From Minisyncoccota bacterium (lineage in GTDB: Bacteria; Patescibacteriota; Minisyncoccia; Phycocordibacterales; JAACPR01), in assembly GCA_032117135.1 (NCBI GenBank), contig JAULZV010000012.1, positions 1 through 39,755 of the forward strand: a stretch of 39,755 nucleotides of DNA, read 5' to 3'. The notes under the pieces are model-generated. The model was not told the origin of the DNA, ran no database searches, and saw nothing but the letters and a program-made list of their open reading frames with translations. Shown here one piece after another: positions 1 through 8,586 of the stretch (position 1 is its first letter; every line of letters starts with the position of its first letter). Position numbers and translations under genes: made by a program.

Positions 1-604
1 CACCGAGGTTATGTGGTGGAATATTAGAAGCCATACCTACCGCAATACCCAAGGTACCATTGAGAAGAAGTGCAGGCACAGCCGTCGGAAGCACTATCGG
101 TTCGCGAGTTCGAGAGTCATACGTAGGCCTAAATTGCACAGTGTCTTTTTCGATATCTTTGAGAATATCTCCCGAAATCTTACTCATCTTGGCCTCGGTA
201 TATCGATATGCAGCAGGCGGATCACCATCAACAGATCCGAAGTTACCCTGACCAAACACAAGCGGATAACGCGTTGCAAAAGGCTGTGCGAGTTTGACCA
301 TCGCATCATAAACCGAACCTTCACCATGAGGGTGATATGAACCAATTACATCTCCAACTACCGCTGCAGATTTTCGAAATTTAGAGGTGTATGCAAGACC
401 GTTTTTGTGCATTGAAAACAAGATTCGTCGGTGTACCGGTTTGAGACCATCACGAGCATCTGGCAAAGCTCGCTGAGTAATAACCGACATCGCATAGTCG
501 AGATAGGATTTTTTCATTTCGGCACTGATTGGCGCTTGCAAAATGGTTGTTCCTGGACGTTTTGGAGCAGAATCTTCTGGAATTACTTCTTTCTTTTTTG
601 GCAT
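1..604 (-). CDS. gyrA: DNA gyrase subunit A, N-terminal part (runs off the left edge)
   Basis: Hand-translated from ATG at 604: [11 protein letters not shown]...[34 protein letters not shown]...[14 protein letters not shown]...[22 protein letters not shown], the GyrA/ParC signature including the catalytic Tyr. Absent from the ORF track because no stop lies in the window. Confidence 0.95.
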   Translation of the reverse strand, partial: MPKKKEVIPEDSAPKRPGTTILQAPISAEMKKSYLDYAMSVITQRALPDARDGLKPVHRRILFSMHKNGLAYTSKFRKSAAVVGDVIGSYHPHGEGSVYDAMVKLAQPFATRYPLVFGQGNFGSVDGDPPAAYRYTEAKMSKISGDILKDIEKDTVQFRPTYDSRTREPIVLPTAVPALLLNGTLGIAVGMASNIPPHNLG

Positions 605-641
605 ATAGCGCGATTATATCACAAATTATCTATTACTTAAA

Positions 642-860
642 TTATTTAAACCCCGCTTTGAGACTATCAAACAAACTCCCTGCATTAGCAAGATTTTGGA
701 TTTCTTGTTCTTCGAGATCAAAGTATTCGACAGGATTAGCAAAAATAGTCAAAAACCACACCGCAGTTATGAGGCCAGTCAAAAGTAGAGATGCAAAAAA
801 TGCGTAGCTTGATTTTTCAGCATGAGAGCGTTGTCTGAGATTCTCAATGTATTTTTTCAT
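642..860 (-). CDS. small hypothetical membrane protein
   Basis: 72-aa ORF with one hydrophobic segment, co-oriented and closely spaced with its neighbours. Confidence 0.7.
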   Translation of the reverse strand: MKKYIENLRQRSHAEKSSYAFFASLLLTGLITAVWFLTIFANPVEYFDLEEQEIQNLANAGSLFDSLKAGFK

Positions 861-870
861 ACTCTATATT

Positions 871-1509
871 TTATAGTGAAGATGACAAAACGACAACTTC
901 ACCTTGCTTGTCAACAAGGTCTTTCTTTTTGATGGTTAATTTATCGATTGGAGCTGTATTACTTGCGTCTGCTTCTTTGAGAAATGTCTTGAGTGCATCT
1001 TTGTCTCCGACTGCACCGTAATGAATCGGAATGATGATTTTGGGTTCACGCTTGAGCGCCATTTTGTATGCATCCTCAGGATTGAGTACTTCATCACCAC
1101 CAATTGGTACGAACAAAATATCGATGTCACCCATTTCTTCTTTGGCCTTGGTACCAAGATCTTTATCCGAAATAGCTCCTAGATATGCAACTCGAATACC
1201 ATCAAGTTCAAAGGTGTACACAGTATTGAATCGCTCGACCCCTCCATATACTGTTTTAGAAGAAAATCCCCTGACGAATACTCCTCGCACCTCGTATTCG
1301 CCTGGTCCTTTGATCACAAAAGGCTCTTTGCCTTGGCGAGTTGCAGTGTCGGAGCCATTGAGGTCAGGATGGTTAGCAGTAATAAGGACCAAGTCACTCC
1401 CAAAACTTGAAAGCTTGTGTTTGGATTCTTTGGAAATTGGATTAAGGGCAATCGTAAAATCTCCGTGTGAGACTTTTACTGATTCGACGCCGTCGTATGT
1501 GATTATCAT
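871..1509 (-). CDS. MBL-fold metallo-hydrolase-like protein (Lactamase_B_3 type)
   Basis: Motifs GPGEYEVRGV, DILFVPIGG and PKIIIPIHY are typical of this family; the HxHxDH site is degenerate (TANHPDL). Confidence 0.8.
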   Translation of the reverse strand: MIITYDGVESVKVSHGDFTIALNPISKESKHKLSSFGSDLVLITANHPDLNGSDTATRQGKEPFVIKGPGEYEVRGVFVRGFSSKTVYGGVERFNTVYTFELDGIRVAYLGAISDKDLGTKAKEEMGDIDILFVPIGGDEVLNPEDAYKMALKREPKIIIPIHYGAVGDKDALKTFLKEADASNTAPIDKLTIKKKDLVDKQGEVVVLSSSL

Positions 1510-1603
1510 GCGGTCAGTATAGCATTTTTTAATTACTATTGAAAAGTGACTCCTACTGAAGCATATGAGAGTTTAGTTTCAAATTAGAACTCAAGAAAAA
1601 GGT

Positions 1604-1632
1604 TTGACAAAAAATAATATTCGTTATATTAT
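1604..1632 (+). promoter_or_regulatory. sigma70-type promoter
   Basis: TTGACA (1604-1609), 17-bp spacer, TATTAT (1627-1632); ATG at 1640. Confidence 0.55.
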
Positions 1633-1639
1633 TTTTTTG

Positions 1640-1777
1640 ATGAAAAAAACTATCGCTCTTCGTTTGTTGGTTTCACCCAGTTTCTGGGTTCGCCACCTTC
1701 CCCAGTTCAGACAAGCTCTCCTGAAAGGTTTTAAGGCCGGATGGTCTAAAGGCCACAAGGATGCTGGGATCGAATGA
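1640..1777 (+). CDS. putative 45-aa small protein, not in the ORF track
   Basis: MKKTIALRLLVSPSFWVRHLPQFRQALLKGFKAGWSKGHKDAGIE*, with a promoter upstream and a hairpin plus T-tract (about 1805-1842) downstream. Confidence 0.45.
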   Translation: MKKTIALRLLVSPSFWVRHLPQFRQALLKGFKAGWSKGHKDAGIE

Positions 1778-1856
1778 TTTACACCAATCTTCGAACCTTT
1801 ACACACGCTACTCACCCTATGATGTAGCGCGTTTTTATTTTTATAGACATTTCAAA

Positions 1857-2114
1857 TCAGGAATATAATTCACTATGTGAACCGAGTGCTCGTAGGTAAA
1901 TGACATCATTTTCTCTTCGATACACAATTCTCATGTCGTTTTGAACATTGATACTTCGATATCCTAATAAGCTCCCTTGCAATTTATGATTATGTAGCAC
2001 TGGATCATATTCGTCTGCTAAAAGTTTTTGTATCACAAGCAAAACCAAATGTTTATTTTTTGGATTTATTTTCTTATACTGTTTTTTGAAACGTGATGAA
2101 TATCGTATCTTCAC
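1857..2114 (-). CDS. type II TA toxin, RelE/YafQ-family mRNA interferase
   Basis: SSRFKKQYKK...HNHKLQG...RSINV..DMRIVY...LGSHSELY pattern. Confidence 0.9.
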   Translation of the reverse strand: MKIRYSSRFKKQYKKINPKNKHLVLLVIQKLLADEYDPVLHNHKLQGSLLGYRSINVQNDMRIVYRRENDVIYLRALGSHSELYS

Positions 2115-2122
2115 ACCCTGTA

Positions 2123-2392
2123 TTATGCATCAAGACTTCTCATGAGATTATCAAGATTTTCAAAAGGTCCATGATCCTTTTTATCCTTCAATTCTTGCTC
2201 CGCGTCTTTAAGAATCTTTTTGAGATACTTGGAAGGCTTATAAGAGATAGTGAGCTCCTTATCCCGTACAAACTGCCTCAAAAAGGCCTGAACGGCAGTG
2301 CTTAATGGGATCCCTAATTCTTTAGCGGTCTCTTGAGCGTTTTTTTTGAGTTCCTTATCGAGCTTTATATTAAAAATTGTTTTAGTATTCAT
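2123..2392 (-). CDS. type II TA antitoxin, RelB/DinJ family
   Basis: RHH-like NIKLDKELKKNAQETAKELGIPLSTAVQAFLRQFV, directly upstream of the toxin; probable start ATG 2392 just after a -10 box. Confidence 0.88.
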   Translation of the reverse strand: MNTKTIFNIKLDKELKKNAQETAKELGIPLSTAVQAFLRQFVRDKELTISYKPSKYLKKILKDAEQELKDKKDHGPFENLDNLMRSLDA

Positions 2393-2427
2393 ATACCAAA
2401 GTATATACTTGGGTATATTTTTGTCAA
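2391..2427 (-). promoter_or_regulatory. TA promoter with overlapping palindromic operator
   Basis: Minus strand TTGACA (2427-2422), 16 bp, TATACT (2405-2400); near-perfect 28-bp palindrome ATATACCAAAGTAT|ATACTTGGGTATAT (2391-2418) covers the -10 box. Confidence 0.7.
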
Positions 2428-2678
2428 CGCAACTCATTTTATCTACAGAGCTGTCCCTTCATCAATACTCTTCCCAACCCTCTTTTTGTATGTTATATTC
2501 ACCCCACTCAGTTTTATTAAAACAAGACAGAGTAACCCTGCGTATATGACCACGAGTGTATGCATGAGCGAACAGAATCTTCTGTTTTAACTGCATACGG
2601 GACTAAACGAATATGCAGACCTCATTATTAAGTAAATATCAAAAAGATCTGGAGCAATCCGGTATCTTATATACAATT

Positions 2679-3752
2679 ATGACAGAAGAAAAAGAGAACG
2701 TAATGCAACAGTTTTTGGCAGATATGCCCAATCCTCCTGCAGAAGGTGACGTAGTTGAAGGTCCAGTTATCACGGTAGATAAGTCAGCAATTTATATTGA
2801 CCTTTCACCATTTGGAACAGGTATTATCTATGGACGAGAATTTATTATCGCTCGAGATATGATTCGAAAACTACACGTAGCAGACTCTGTGTCAGCTAAG
2901 GTAGTAGATGTTAAAAGCAAAAATGGATACATCGAACTTTCGCTCCGAGAAGCAAAGCAAGCAATGGTATGGGAAGAAGTAGAAGCAGCGATCAAGGACA
3001 AGACTCCGATCGAACTTACTGTACAAGAAGCAAACAAAGGAGGACTTCTCCTTTCATGGCAGGGTCTCCAAGGATTCCTACCTGCTTCACAGCTTTCTAC
3101 TGAACACTATCCACGAGTAGCCGATGGTGATAAAGATAGAATTCTTGAAGAATTGCGAAGACTTGTTGGTACAAAGCTTGTTGTAACAATTATCGGCGCA
3201 ACACCAGACGACGGTAAACTTATTTTCTCAGAAAAACACTCTGGAGAAGAGTCTGAGGTTAAGAAAGTTGAGAAGTATGGCATTGGAGACAATCTTTCTG
3301 GAACAGTTACTGGTGTAGTAGAGTTTGGAGTATTCGTTAAGATCGAAGATAACCTTGAAGGACTTGTTCACATTTCAGAACTTGACTGGTCGCTTGTTGA
3401 AGATCCAAAGAAACTCTTTACAGTTGGAGATAAAGTTAATGTCAAAGTTATCGATATCAAAAATGGAAAAGTTTCACTCTCTATCAAACAATTGAAAGAA
3501 AACCCATGGACAACAGCGGGAAATAAATTCAAAAAAGGAGATATTGTAAAAGGTGTTGTGATTAAATTTAACAAACACGGTGCACTCGCATCAATCGAAG
3601 AAGGAGTTGCTGGATTAATTCACATTTCAGAATTTGAAAGTGAAGAAAAATTGAAAGAAACTCTTGAACTTGGAAAAGTATACGATTTCAAAATCACTTT
3701 GTTTGAAGCAAAGGAGCAACGAATGACACTGTCGACAAAAATAAGTGAGTAA
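2679..3752 (+). CDS. rpsA: 30S ribosomal protein S1 (short, about four S1 domains)
   Basis: Repeated S1 motifs (GDVVEGPVI, NKGGLL..GFLPASQL, FGVFVKIEDNLEGLVHISELDW, GVAGLIHISEF); start MTEEKE at 2679 preferred. Confidence 0.92.
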   Translation: MTEEKENVMQQFLADMPNPPAEGDVVEGPVITVDKSAIYIDLSPFGTGIIYGREFIIARDMIRKLHVADSVSAKVVDVKSKNGYIELSLREAKQAMVWEEVEAAIKDKTPIELTVQEANKGGLLLSWQGLQGFLPASQLSTEHYPRVADGDKDRILEELRRLVGTKLVVTIIGATPDDGKLIFSEKHSGEESEVKKVEKYGIGDNLSGTVTGVVEFGVFVKIEDNLEGLVHISELDWSLVEDPKKLFTVGDKVNVKVIDIKNGKVSLSIKQLKENPWTTAGNKFKKGDIVKGVVIKFNKHGALASIEEGVAGLIHISEFESEEKLKETLELGKVYDFKITLFEAKEQRMTLSTKISE

Positions 3753-3771
3753 TTCATATAGAAAGTAACTC

Positions 3772-3814
3772 TATAATCTAAAGCGGCGCCCTTCGGGCGC
3801 CGCTTTAGATTATA
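3772..3814. terminator. bidirectional terminator-like hairpin between convergent rpsA and pth
   Basis: Perfect 20-bp inverted repeat TATAATCTAAAGCGGCGCCC-ttc-GGGCGCCGCTTTAGATTATA. Confidence 0.8.
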
Positions 3815-3853
3815 TACGTTACCCTATCTTACACAGGTAACACACCCTGTAGC

Positions 3854-4399
3854 TTATCGACCAATCAAGCTTTCAATCTTTTTGAAAATACCTTCAATCG
3901 TCCCCCGTTCTAGGAGTCCGAATTTTTTGAGTACGAAATTAGCAACCTCGTCCTTGTGAGGTTTTTTGTGTCCACCAAAAAAAGTTTGAGGACAAATACC
4001 TACCCGAATACGACGAAGATTCAGTTTTGTTTCGTCCAAAATAGAACGGATTCCGTTATGACCTCCATGTCCCTTATCGGTAGACACCTTCAGTTCTCCA
4101 AAGTTAATGTCGATATCATCATGGATTATTGTCACATCATCCACAGTTACATCACTCCATTTAAGAAAAATATTTTTGACTGTCTGACCCGAAAGATTCA
4201 TGTATGTTTCAGGAAGTATCAGGAGATACTGTTGTCCATCACATTCACCCGATGATACAAGAGCTTTAAGAAATGTATCCTTCTTAAAATCCGAAAAATG
4301 ATTTTTGTGTGCGAGCCACAGCAAAAAATCACGGCCAATATTATGTCGCGTTCCAACATACGAGTCTCCTAAATTTCCGAGGCCTACGAGAATTTTCAT
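3854..4399 (-). CDS. pth: peptidyl-tRNA hydrolase
   Basis: LVGLGN..TRHNIG, PETYMNLSG, HDDID and GGHNGIRSI motifs. Confidence 0.96.
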   Translation of the reverse strand: MKILVGLGNLGDSYVGTRHNIGRDFLLWLAHKNHFSDFKKDTFLKALVSSGECDGQQYLLILPETYMNLSGQTVKNIFLKWSDVTVDDVTIIHDDIDINFGELKVSTDKGHGGHNGIRSILDETKLNLRRIRVGICPQTFFGGHKKPHKDEVANFVLKKFGLLERGTIEGIFKKIESLIGR

Positions 4400-4431
4400 A
4401 TGTATATATCATATCACATAATGGGGATAAT

Positions 4432-4509
4432 GGGGTCAGACACCCTTTTTAGACAAAAAGTGTGTTGTAATTATACAATAGATTTTAGAGAAAAAGGGTG
4501 TCTGACCCC
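4432..4509. mobile_element. 78-bp MITE/REPIN-like element, copy 1
   Basis: 19-bp terminal inverted repeats GGGGTCAGACACCCTTTTT around a 40-bp core; identical in reverse complement to 9867-9944. Confidence 0.8.
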
Positions 4510-4559
4510 ATTATCCATTATCCATGACACTTTTTGATTTTTGATATATAGTATTAAGA

Positions 4560-5102
4560 ATGATATCTAAAATACTACACGTCGCAAAAGAGTACATTGT
4601 TTTAATTGGAACATCTCTTCTCCTCGTATTTTTGGTACGAACATACGTTGCTCAGCCTTTTGTAGTAAGTGGTGCATCTATGGAACCGACATTTCATACC
4701 GGCGAATATCTTATTGTTGATCAAATCACGACCGAATTATCGGGCCCCAAACGAGGTGAGGTGATCATTTTCAAATACCCACTCATTCCTTCACGATACT
4801 TTATCAAACGGGTTATTGCACTCCCTGGAGAAACTATCAAGATCACAGGCAACCAAGTCGAGATCAAAGAAGTCGGTTCTGATGACTTTTATATATTAGA
4901 AGAGCCTTATATTGAGTTCACAAAAGAAGCAAATCTCGAAACAGTCCTCTCTAATGACGAATATTTTGTCATGGGCGACAACAGATTCGCAAGTTTAGAC
5001 TCTCGAAGCTGGGGCCCTCTCAAAGAATCCTTTATTGTCGGGAAAGCCTTTGTACGCCTCTTCCCTGTGTCAAAAATTGACTTTTCGCCAGGAAGTTATT
5101 AA
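4560..5102 (+). CDS. lepB: signal peptidase I
   Basis: TM segment, then SGASMEPT (Ser), FIKRVIALPGE (Lys) and YFVMGDNRFASLDSRSWG. Confidence 0.96.
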   Translation: MISKILHVAKEYIVLIGTSLLLVFLVRTYVAQPFVVSGASMEPTFHTGEYLIVDQITTELSGPKRGEVIIFKYPLIPSRYFIKRVIALPGETIKITGNQVEIKEVGSDDFYILEEPYIEFTKEANLETVLSNDEYFVMGDNRFASLDSRSWGPLKESFIVGKAFVRLFPVSKIDFSPGSY

Positions 5103-5113
5103 ATTAGAGCTTT

Positions 5114-6328
5114 ATGGCACCAAAAAACAACCAAGTAGACAATGCCTTCGTAATCTCCCAGTATTATGGTTTTGAAGGTCTTGAACTCAAACAAATAGAA
5201 AAAGAAGATCACGATAAAGCACGTAAGATAAAGAATTACGCTAATTTTGAACACTCTCATCTTCCTAAAATCGAAGAAGCAGTTGCTCTTCTCAAACACT
5301 CAACAAGTGATGGGCAAAAGCGAAAAGAAGTACCTTTTATGTACTATTCAAAAGGTGACATCAAAAATCCTCACGAAAAAAAGTCTAAAAGAAAAACAGG
5401 TGAATCTGTCTCGCTTCACATTATTGGCACTCCAAAGAGCATCGCTGAAGCAATTTTGATCAAGACTGCCTATACTATTCTCAAAGAAGAAGGCTACAGA
5501 AATCTATCCGTTGAAGTAAATAATATAGGAGATAGAGAAACACTGACAACATACAACAAACATGCGACCAATTTTTTTAGAGGCAAACTTGCAGATTTGG
5601 ATACTGACTGTAAAGAATTACTCAAGTTCGGTGGTCACACATTAGTTACATGTAACCTCAAAGGAGTTCAACATATTATCAAAGAAGCGCCGGCGCCGAT
5701 CGAATTTTTGAATGAAGAGCATCGTAATCACCTCAAGGAAGTGGTCGAATACTTGGAGTCGCAAGACATTCCATTTGAAATAAATAAGTTTGTGCTCGGA
5801 GATCCTCATTATTCATCACACACTATTTTTACTATCTTGGATGAAAAGTCAGGCAAAATACTCGCTACAGGATCTCGATACAACGACCTTTCAAAGCGGA
5901 CCGTACTTCGCAAAGGTATTCCTGCTGTTTCGGTATCAATCAAAATTCCTAAACTCAAACAAGTACCAAGCACCAAACAACCCAAATTCGATGACTGTGA
6001 TATTTATTTTATTCAATTAGGATATGGAGCAAAGCTCAAAAGTCTTGAGGTTGTTGAGCGCTTGCGTAAGGCAAGTATCCCAGTTCATCAATCAATCGGA
6101 CGCGACAAAATGTCGACACAGACTCAATTTGTAAACAAGAAAAATGTAAAATATATTCTCTTAATGGGACAAAAAGAAGCTCGAGAAAATAGTATTTGTG
6201 TTCGAAATCTTGAAACTAATTCTCAAAAGACTATCCCACTCGATAATCTTGTTGAATATATCAAAAATATAAGAATTACAGACAAAGCCCTTGCTAAGAG
6301 CGATCTTAAAGTAAAGAAAAAAATATAA
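5114..6328 (+). CDS. histidyl-tRNA synthetase-like paralog with degenerate catalytic core and HGTP anticodon-binding domain
   Basis: YYGF near the N-terminus, EVNNIGD, GSRYNDL (cf. GGRYD.L), and C-terminal LRKASIPV...YILLMGQKE...VRNLETNSQKTIPL; class II motif 2 (FRYERPQ) absent. Confidence 0.75.
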   Translation: MAPKNNQVDNAFVISQYYGFEGLELKQIEKEDHDKARKIKNYANFEHSHLPKIEEAVALLKHSTSDGQKRKEVPFMYYSKGDIKNPHEKKSKRKTGESVSLHIIGTPKSIAEAILIKTAYTILKEEGYRNLSVEVNNIGDRETLTTYNKHATNFFRGKLADLDTDCKELLKFGGHTLVTCNLKGVQHIIKEAPAPIEFLNEEHRNHLKEVVEYLESQDIPFEINKFVLGDPHYSSHTIFTILDEKSGKILATGSRYNDLSKRTVLRKGIPAVSVSIKIPKLKQVPSTKQPKFDDCDIYFIQLGYGAKLKSLEVVERLRKASIPVHQSIGRDKMSTQTQFVNKKNVKYILLMGQKEARENSICVRNLETNSQKTIPLDNLVEYIKNIRITDKALAKSDLKVKKKI

Positions 6329-6409
6329 GTAGGCTCCATGTTTGTTTTGTACCACTCAATTACTGAGTGGTTTGCAAAAATAAATGGATATGGTATCTTT
6401 AACGACATT

Positions 6410-6655
6410 ATGGCTACAAATGTAGAAATCAAAAAAGGAGCGAAAGACAACAATGTCAATCTCATCAAAAAGTTTACACGACGAGTTCAAGAAGCTGGGA
6501 TTATTCCTCGAGTAAAAGGACTTCGATATGCAGAACGAAATATGTCAGCATATGTTAAGAAGACAAAACGACTCAAATCAATCAAAAACCGAGAGGTTCG
6601 AGAAGAACAAATCAAGCTTGGCAAAATCGCAGTGAACACACGACGAGGCCGATAA
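6410..6655 (+). CDS. rpsU: 30S ribosomal protein bS21-like
   Basis: Small basic protein, NLIKKFTRRVQEAGIIPRVKGLRYAER; start MATNVEIKK at 6410. Confidence 0.7.
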   Translation: MATNVEIKKGAKDNNVNLIKKFTRRVQEAGIIPRVKGLRYAERNMSAYVKKTKRLKSIKNREVREEQIKLGKIAVNTRRGR

Positions 6656-6659
6656 ACTA

Positions 6660-7055
6660 ATGTTGGATTTTTCTAATACCACCAAACAAGTTCTCCCACT
6701 TTCTTTTGATCTCCTTGAGAAGATGGCGAATGACATTCTAGACACATCATATGATGTGTCTATTGTTGTGGTAGGCGAAAAGCGCGCACTCTTTCTTAAT
6801 CAACAGTATCGAAACAAGGACTATGTCCCGAATGTACTTTCGTTCCCTATCGATGAGACTATGGGAGAAATTTTTATAAATCCTAAAACTGCCCGCATCG
6901 AAGCATCTAAGTTTGGCCTCACTGTCACCAATTATCTGTATTATCTTTTGATTCACTCAATGCTTCATCTCAAAGGTTTTGACCACGGAGACGAAATGAG
7001 CGCAAAAGAAAAATTCTACATGAAAAAGTTTTTGAATATTGAAATTGATTTTTAG
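6660..7055 (+). CDS. ybeY: rRNA maturation endoribonuclease YbeY
   Basis: LNQQYRNKD..NVLSFP, GEIFI and HSMLHLKGFDH zinc motif. Confidence 0.95.
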   Translation: MLDFSNTTKQVLPLSFDLLEKMANDILDTSYDVSIVVVGEKRALFLNQQYRNKDYVPNVLSFPIDETMGEIFINPKTARIEASKFGLTVTNYLYYLLIHSMLHLKGFDHGDEMSAKEKFYMKKFLNIEIDF

Positions 7056-7076
7056 TGGATCAGAATCAAATTATAC

Positions 7077-7177
7077 AAGAGTGTCGGAATGAAAGTCCTC
7101 GGGTCGCCAAGGGTCGCGATTAGGAAACAGTATATCCCGACCCTTGGCTCAACCAGACATTTCATTCCGACACTCTT
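7077..7177. repeat. long bulged hairpin of about 100 nt, candidate structured RNA or palindromic element
   Basis: 18-bp outer stem AAGAGTGTCGGAATGAAA/TTTCATTCCGACACTCTT and 11-bp inner stem GCCAAGGGTCG/CGACCCTTGGC. Confidence 0.75.
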
Positions 7178-7287
7178 ACATTTTTAAAAGATCCCTTCCA
7201 AAAAACGGTCTTTAATTTATAGAAAAGTAGTTTTCCCATCTTGTGCACTTTCATATTTTGTCAAAAAGCCATACAATAGCTAGAAGT

Positions 7288-8499
7288 ATGTCATCTAATA
7301 TAATTGTAGGCCTTGATATCGGAACAAGTACGATACGCACTGTTGTGTGTCGCGTTTCAAACAACTCCCATCTCCCCGAAGTAATTGGGTACAGTGATAC
7401 ACCAGCCCTTGGTCTGAGACATGGATATATCACCAATCATCAAGAAGCGGTCAAGAGTGTAAGACGCTCGGTCAAAACAGCCGAAAAACTCGCAGGTCAG
7501 AATGTTCAAGTAAAAAAAATATTTCTTGGAGCCGGCGGAATTGGACTATCGAGTTTTATATCCACAGGTGCAGTTATGATTACGCGAGCGGATTCAGAAA
7601 TTACTCAATCTGACATGGAAGCAGCTGTTGCTCAGGCTCGCGAAAATCTCCCACCTCAATACATTCAAAACAGAAGGATTTTGCACGAATCCCCAATCGA
7701 CTTTTTTATTGATGGTCAAGCAGTGCATGGGCACCCAGTGGGTCTTAAAGGAGTGCGTCTTGAAGCGAAAATACTTTTTATGAATTTGCTTGAGCCACAT
7801 ATCCAAGGCTTGATTGAAGTAGTTGAAGACGCCGGATACGAAATTACAGACGTGGTTGCGGCTCCATTGGCAGCAAGTTTTGTTTCACTCACCAAAGCAG
7901 AGCGAATCGCTGGATGTGTTTTGGTTAATATTGGTTCGGAGACATTATCAATTGTTGTTTATTCGGATGACAAACCAATCTCACTTGAAGTATTCCAAAT
8001 TGGAGGTAATGATATTACCAACGATATTGCTCTTGGATTACAAGTATCGCTCGAAGACGCAGAAGTTATTAAGCGAGATCATGATCGAGGCGAAAATCAT
8101 GGATTTTCAAAAAAGAAACTTGATGACATTGTCACCTCAAGACTTACTGACATGTTCGAACTTGTAGATGTGCACCTTAAGCATATTGGCAAAAAAGGAC
8201 TGCTTCCTGCAGGTATCATTATCACAGGAGGAGGATCCCGCATCGCAACGGTTGAAGACGTGGCCAAAGCCTACCTCAAACTTCCTTCCAAAATTGCAAA
8301 AATAAATTGCGTAGCCGAAGATAAAAATTGTGATACGAACGTCAAAATAAAAGATGCGACATGGGCTGTCTCGTATGGACTTTGTGTCTATGGTTCTTTT
8401 GCAGATGACGGGCAATCAATTAATCTGCACAGAGCCCCTGAACTCTTTAAAGCACTCATCAAAACAATTCTTCGCAACTTCAAGCGCTTTCTGCCGTAA
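7288..8499 (+). CDS. ftsA: cell division protein FtsA
   Basis: IVGLDIGTS, VNIGSET, IGGNDITNDIA and GIIITGGGS actin-like motifs; directly upstream of ftsZ. Confidence 0.96.
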   Translation: MSSNIIVGLDIGTSTIRTVVCRVSNNSHLPEVIGYSDTPALGLRHGYITNHQEAVKSVRRSVKTAEKLAGQNVQVKKIFLGAGGIGLSSFISTGAVMITRADSEITQSDMEAAVAQARENLPPQYIQNRRILHESPIDFFIDGQAVHGHPVGLKGVRLEAKILFMNLLEPHIQGLIEVVEDAGYEITDVVAAPLAASFVSLTKAERIAGCVLVNIGSETLSIVVYSDDKPISLEVFQIGGNDITNDIALGLQVSLEDAEVIKRDHDRGENHGFSKKKLDDIVTSRLTDMFELVDVHLKHIGKKGLLPAGIIITGGGSRIATVEDVAKAYLKLPSKIAKINCVAEDKNCDTNVKIKDATWAVSYGLCVYGSFADDGQSINLHRAPELFKALIKTILRNFKRFLP

Positions 8500-8586
8500 C
8501 ACAAAATAGCGCTGGCGTACATTGATATATTCGGTATATCTGGTATGCTATTTTTATTAGTATTTAAGGGTCTAATAGTCAAAATC

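Noticed and set aside
11-807. Plus-strand ORFs 11-340, 60-251, 431-640 and 529-807
   Set aside because: Antisense shadows of gyrA and its neighbour; the same applies to most short ORFs nested in housekeeping genes.
7077-7177. SRP (4.5S) RNA
   Set aside because: The domain IV consensus (CAGG..GGAA..AGCAG) is not properly matched; only GGAAACAG resembles it.
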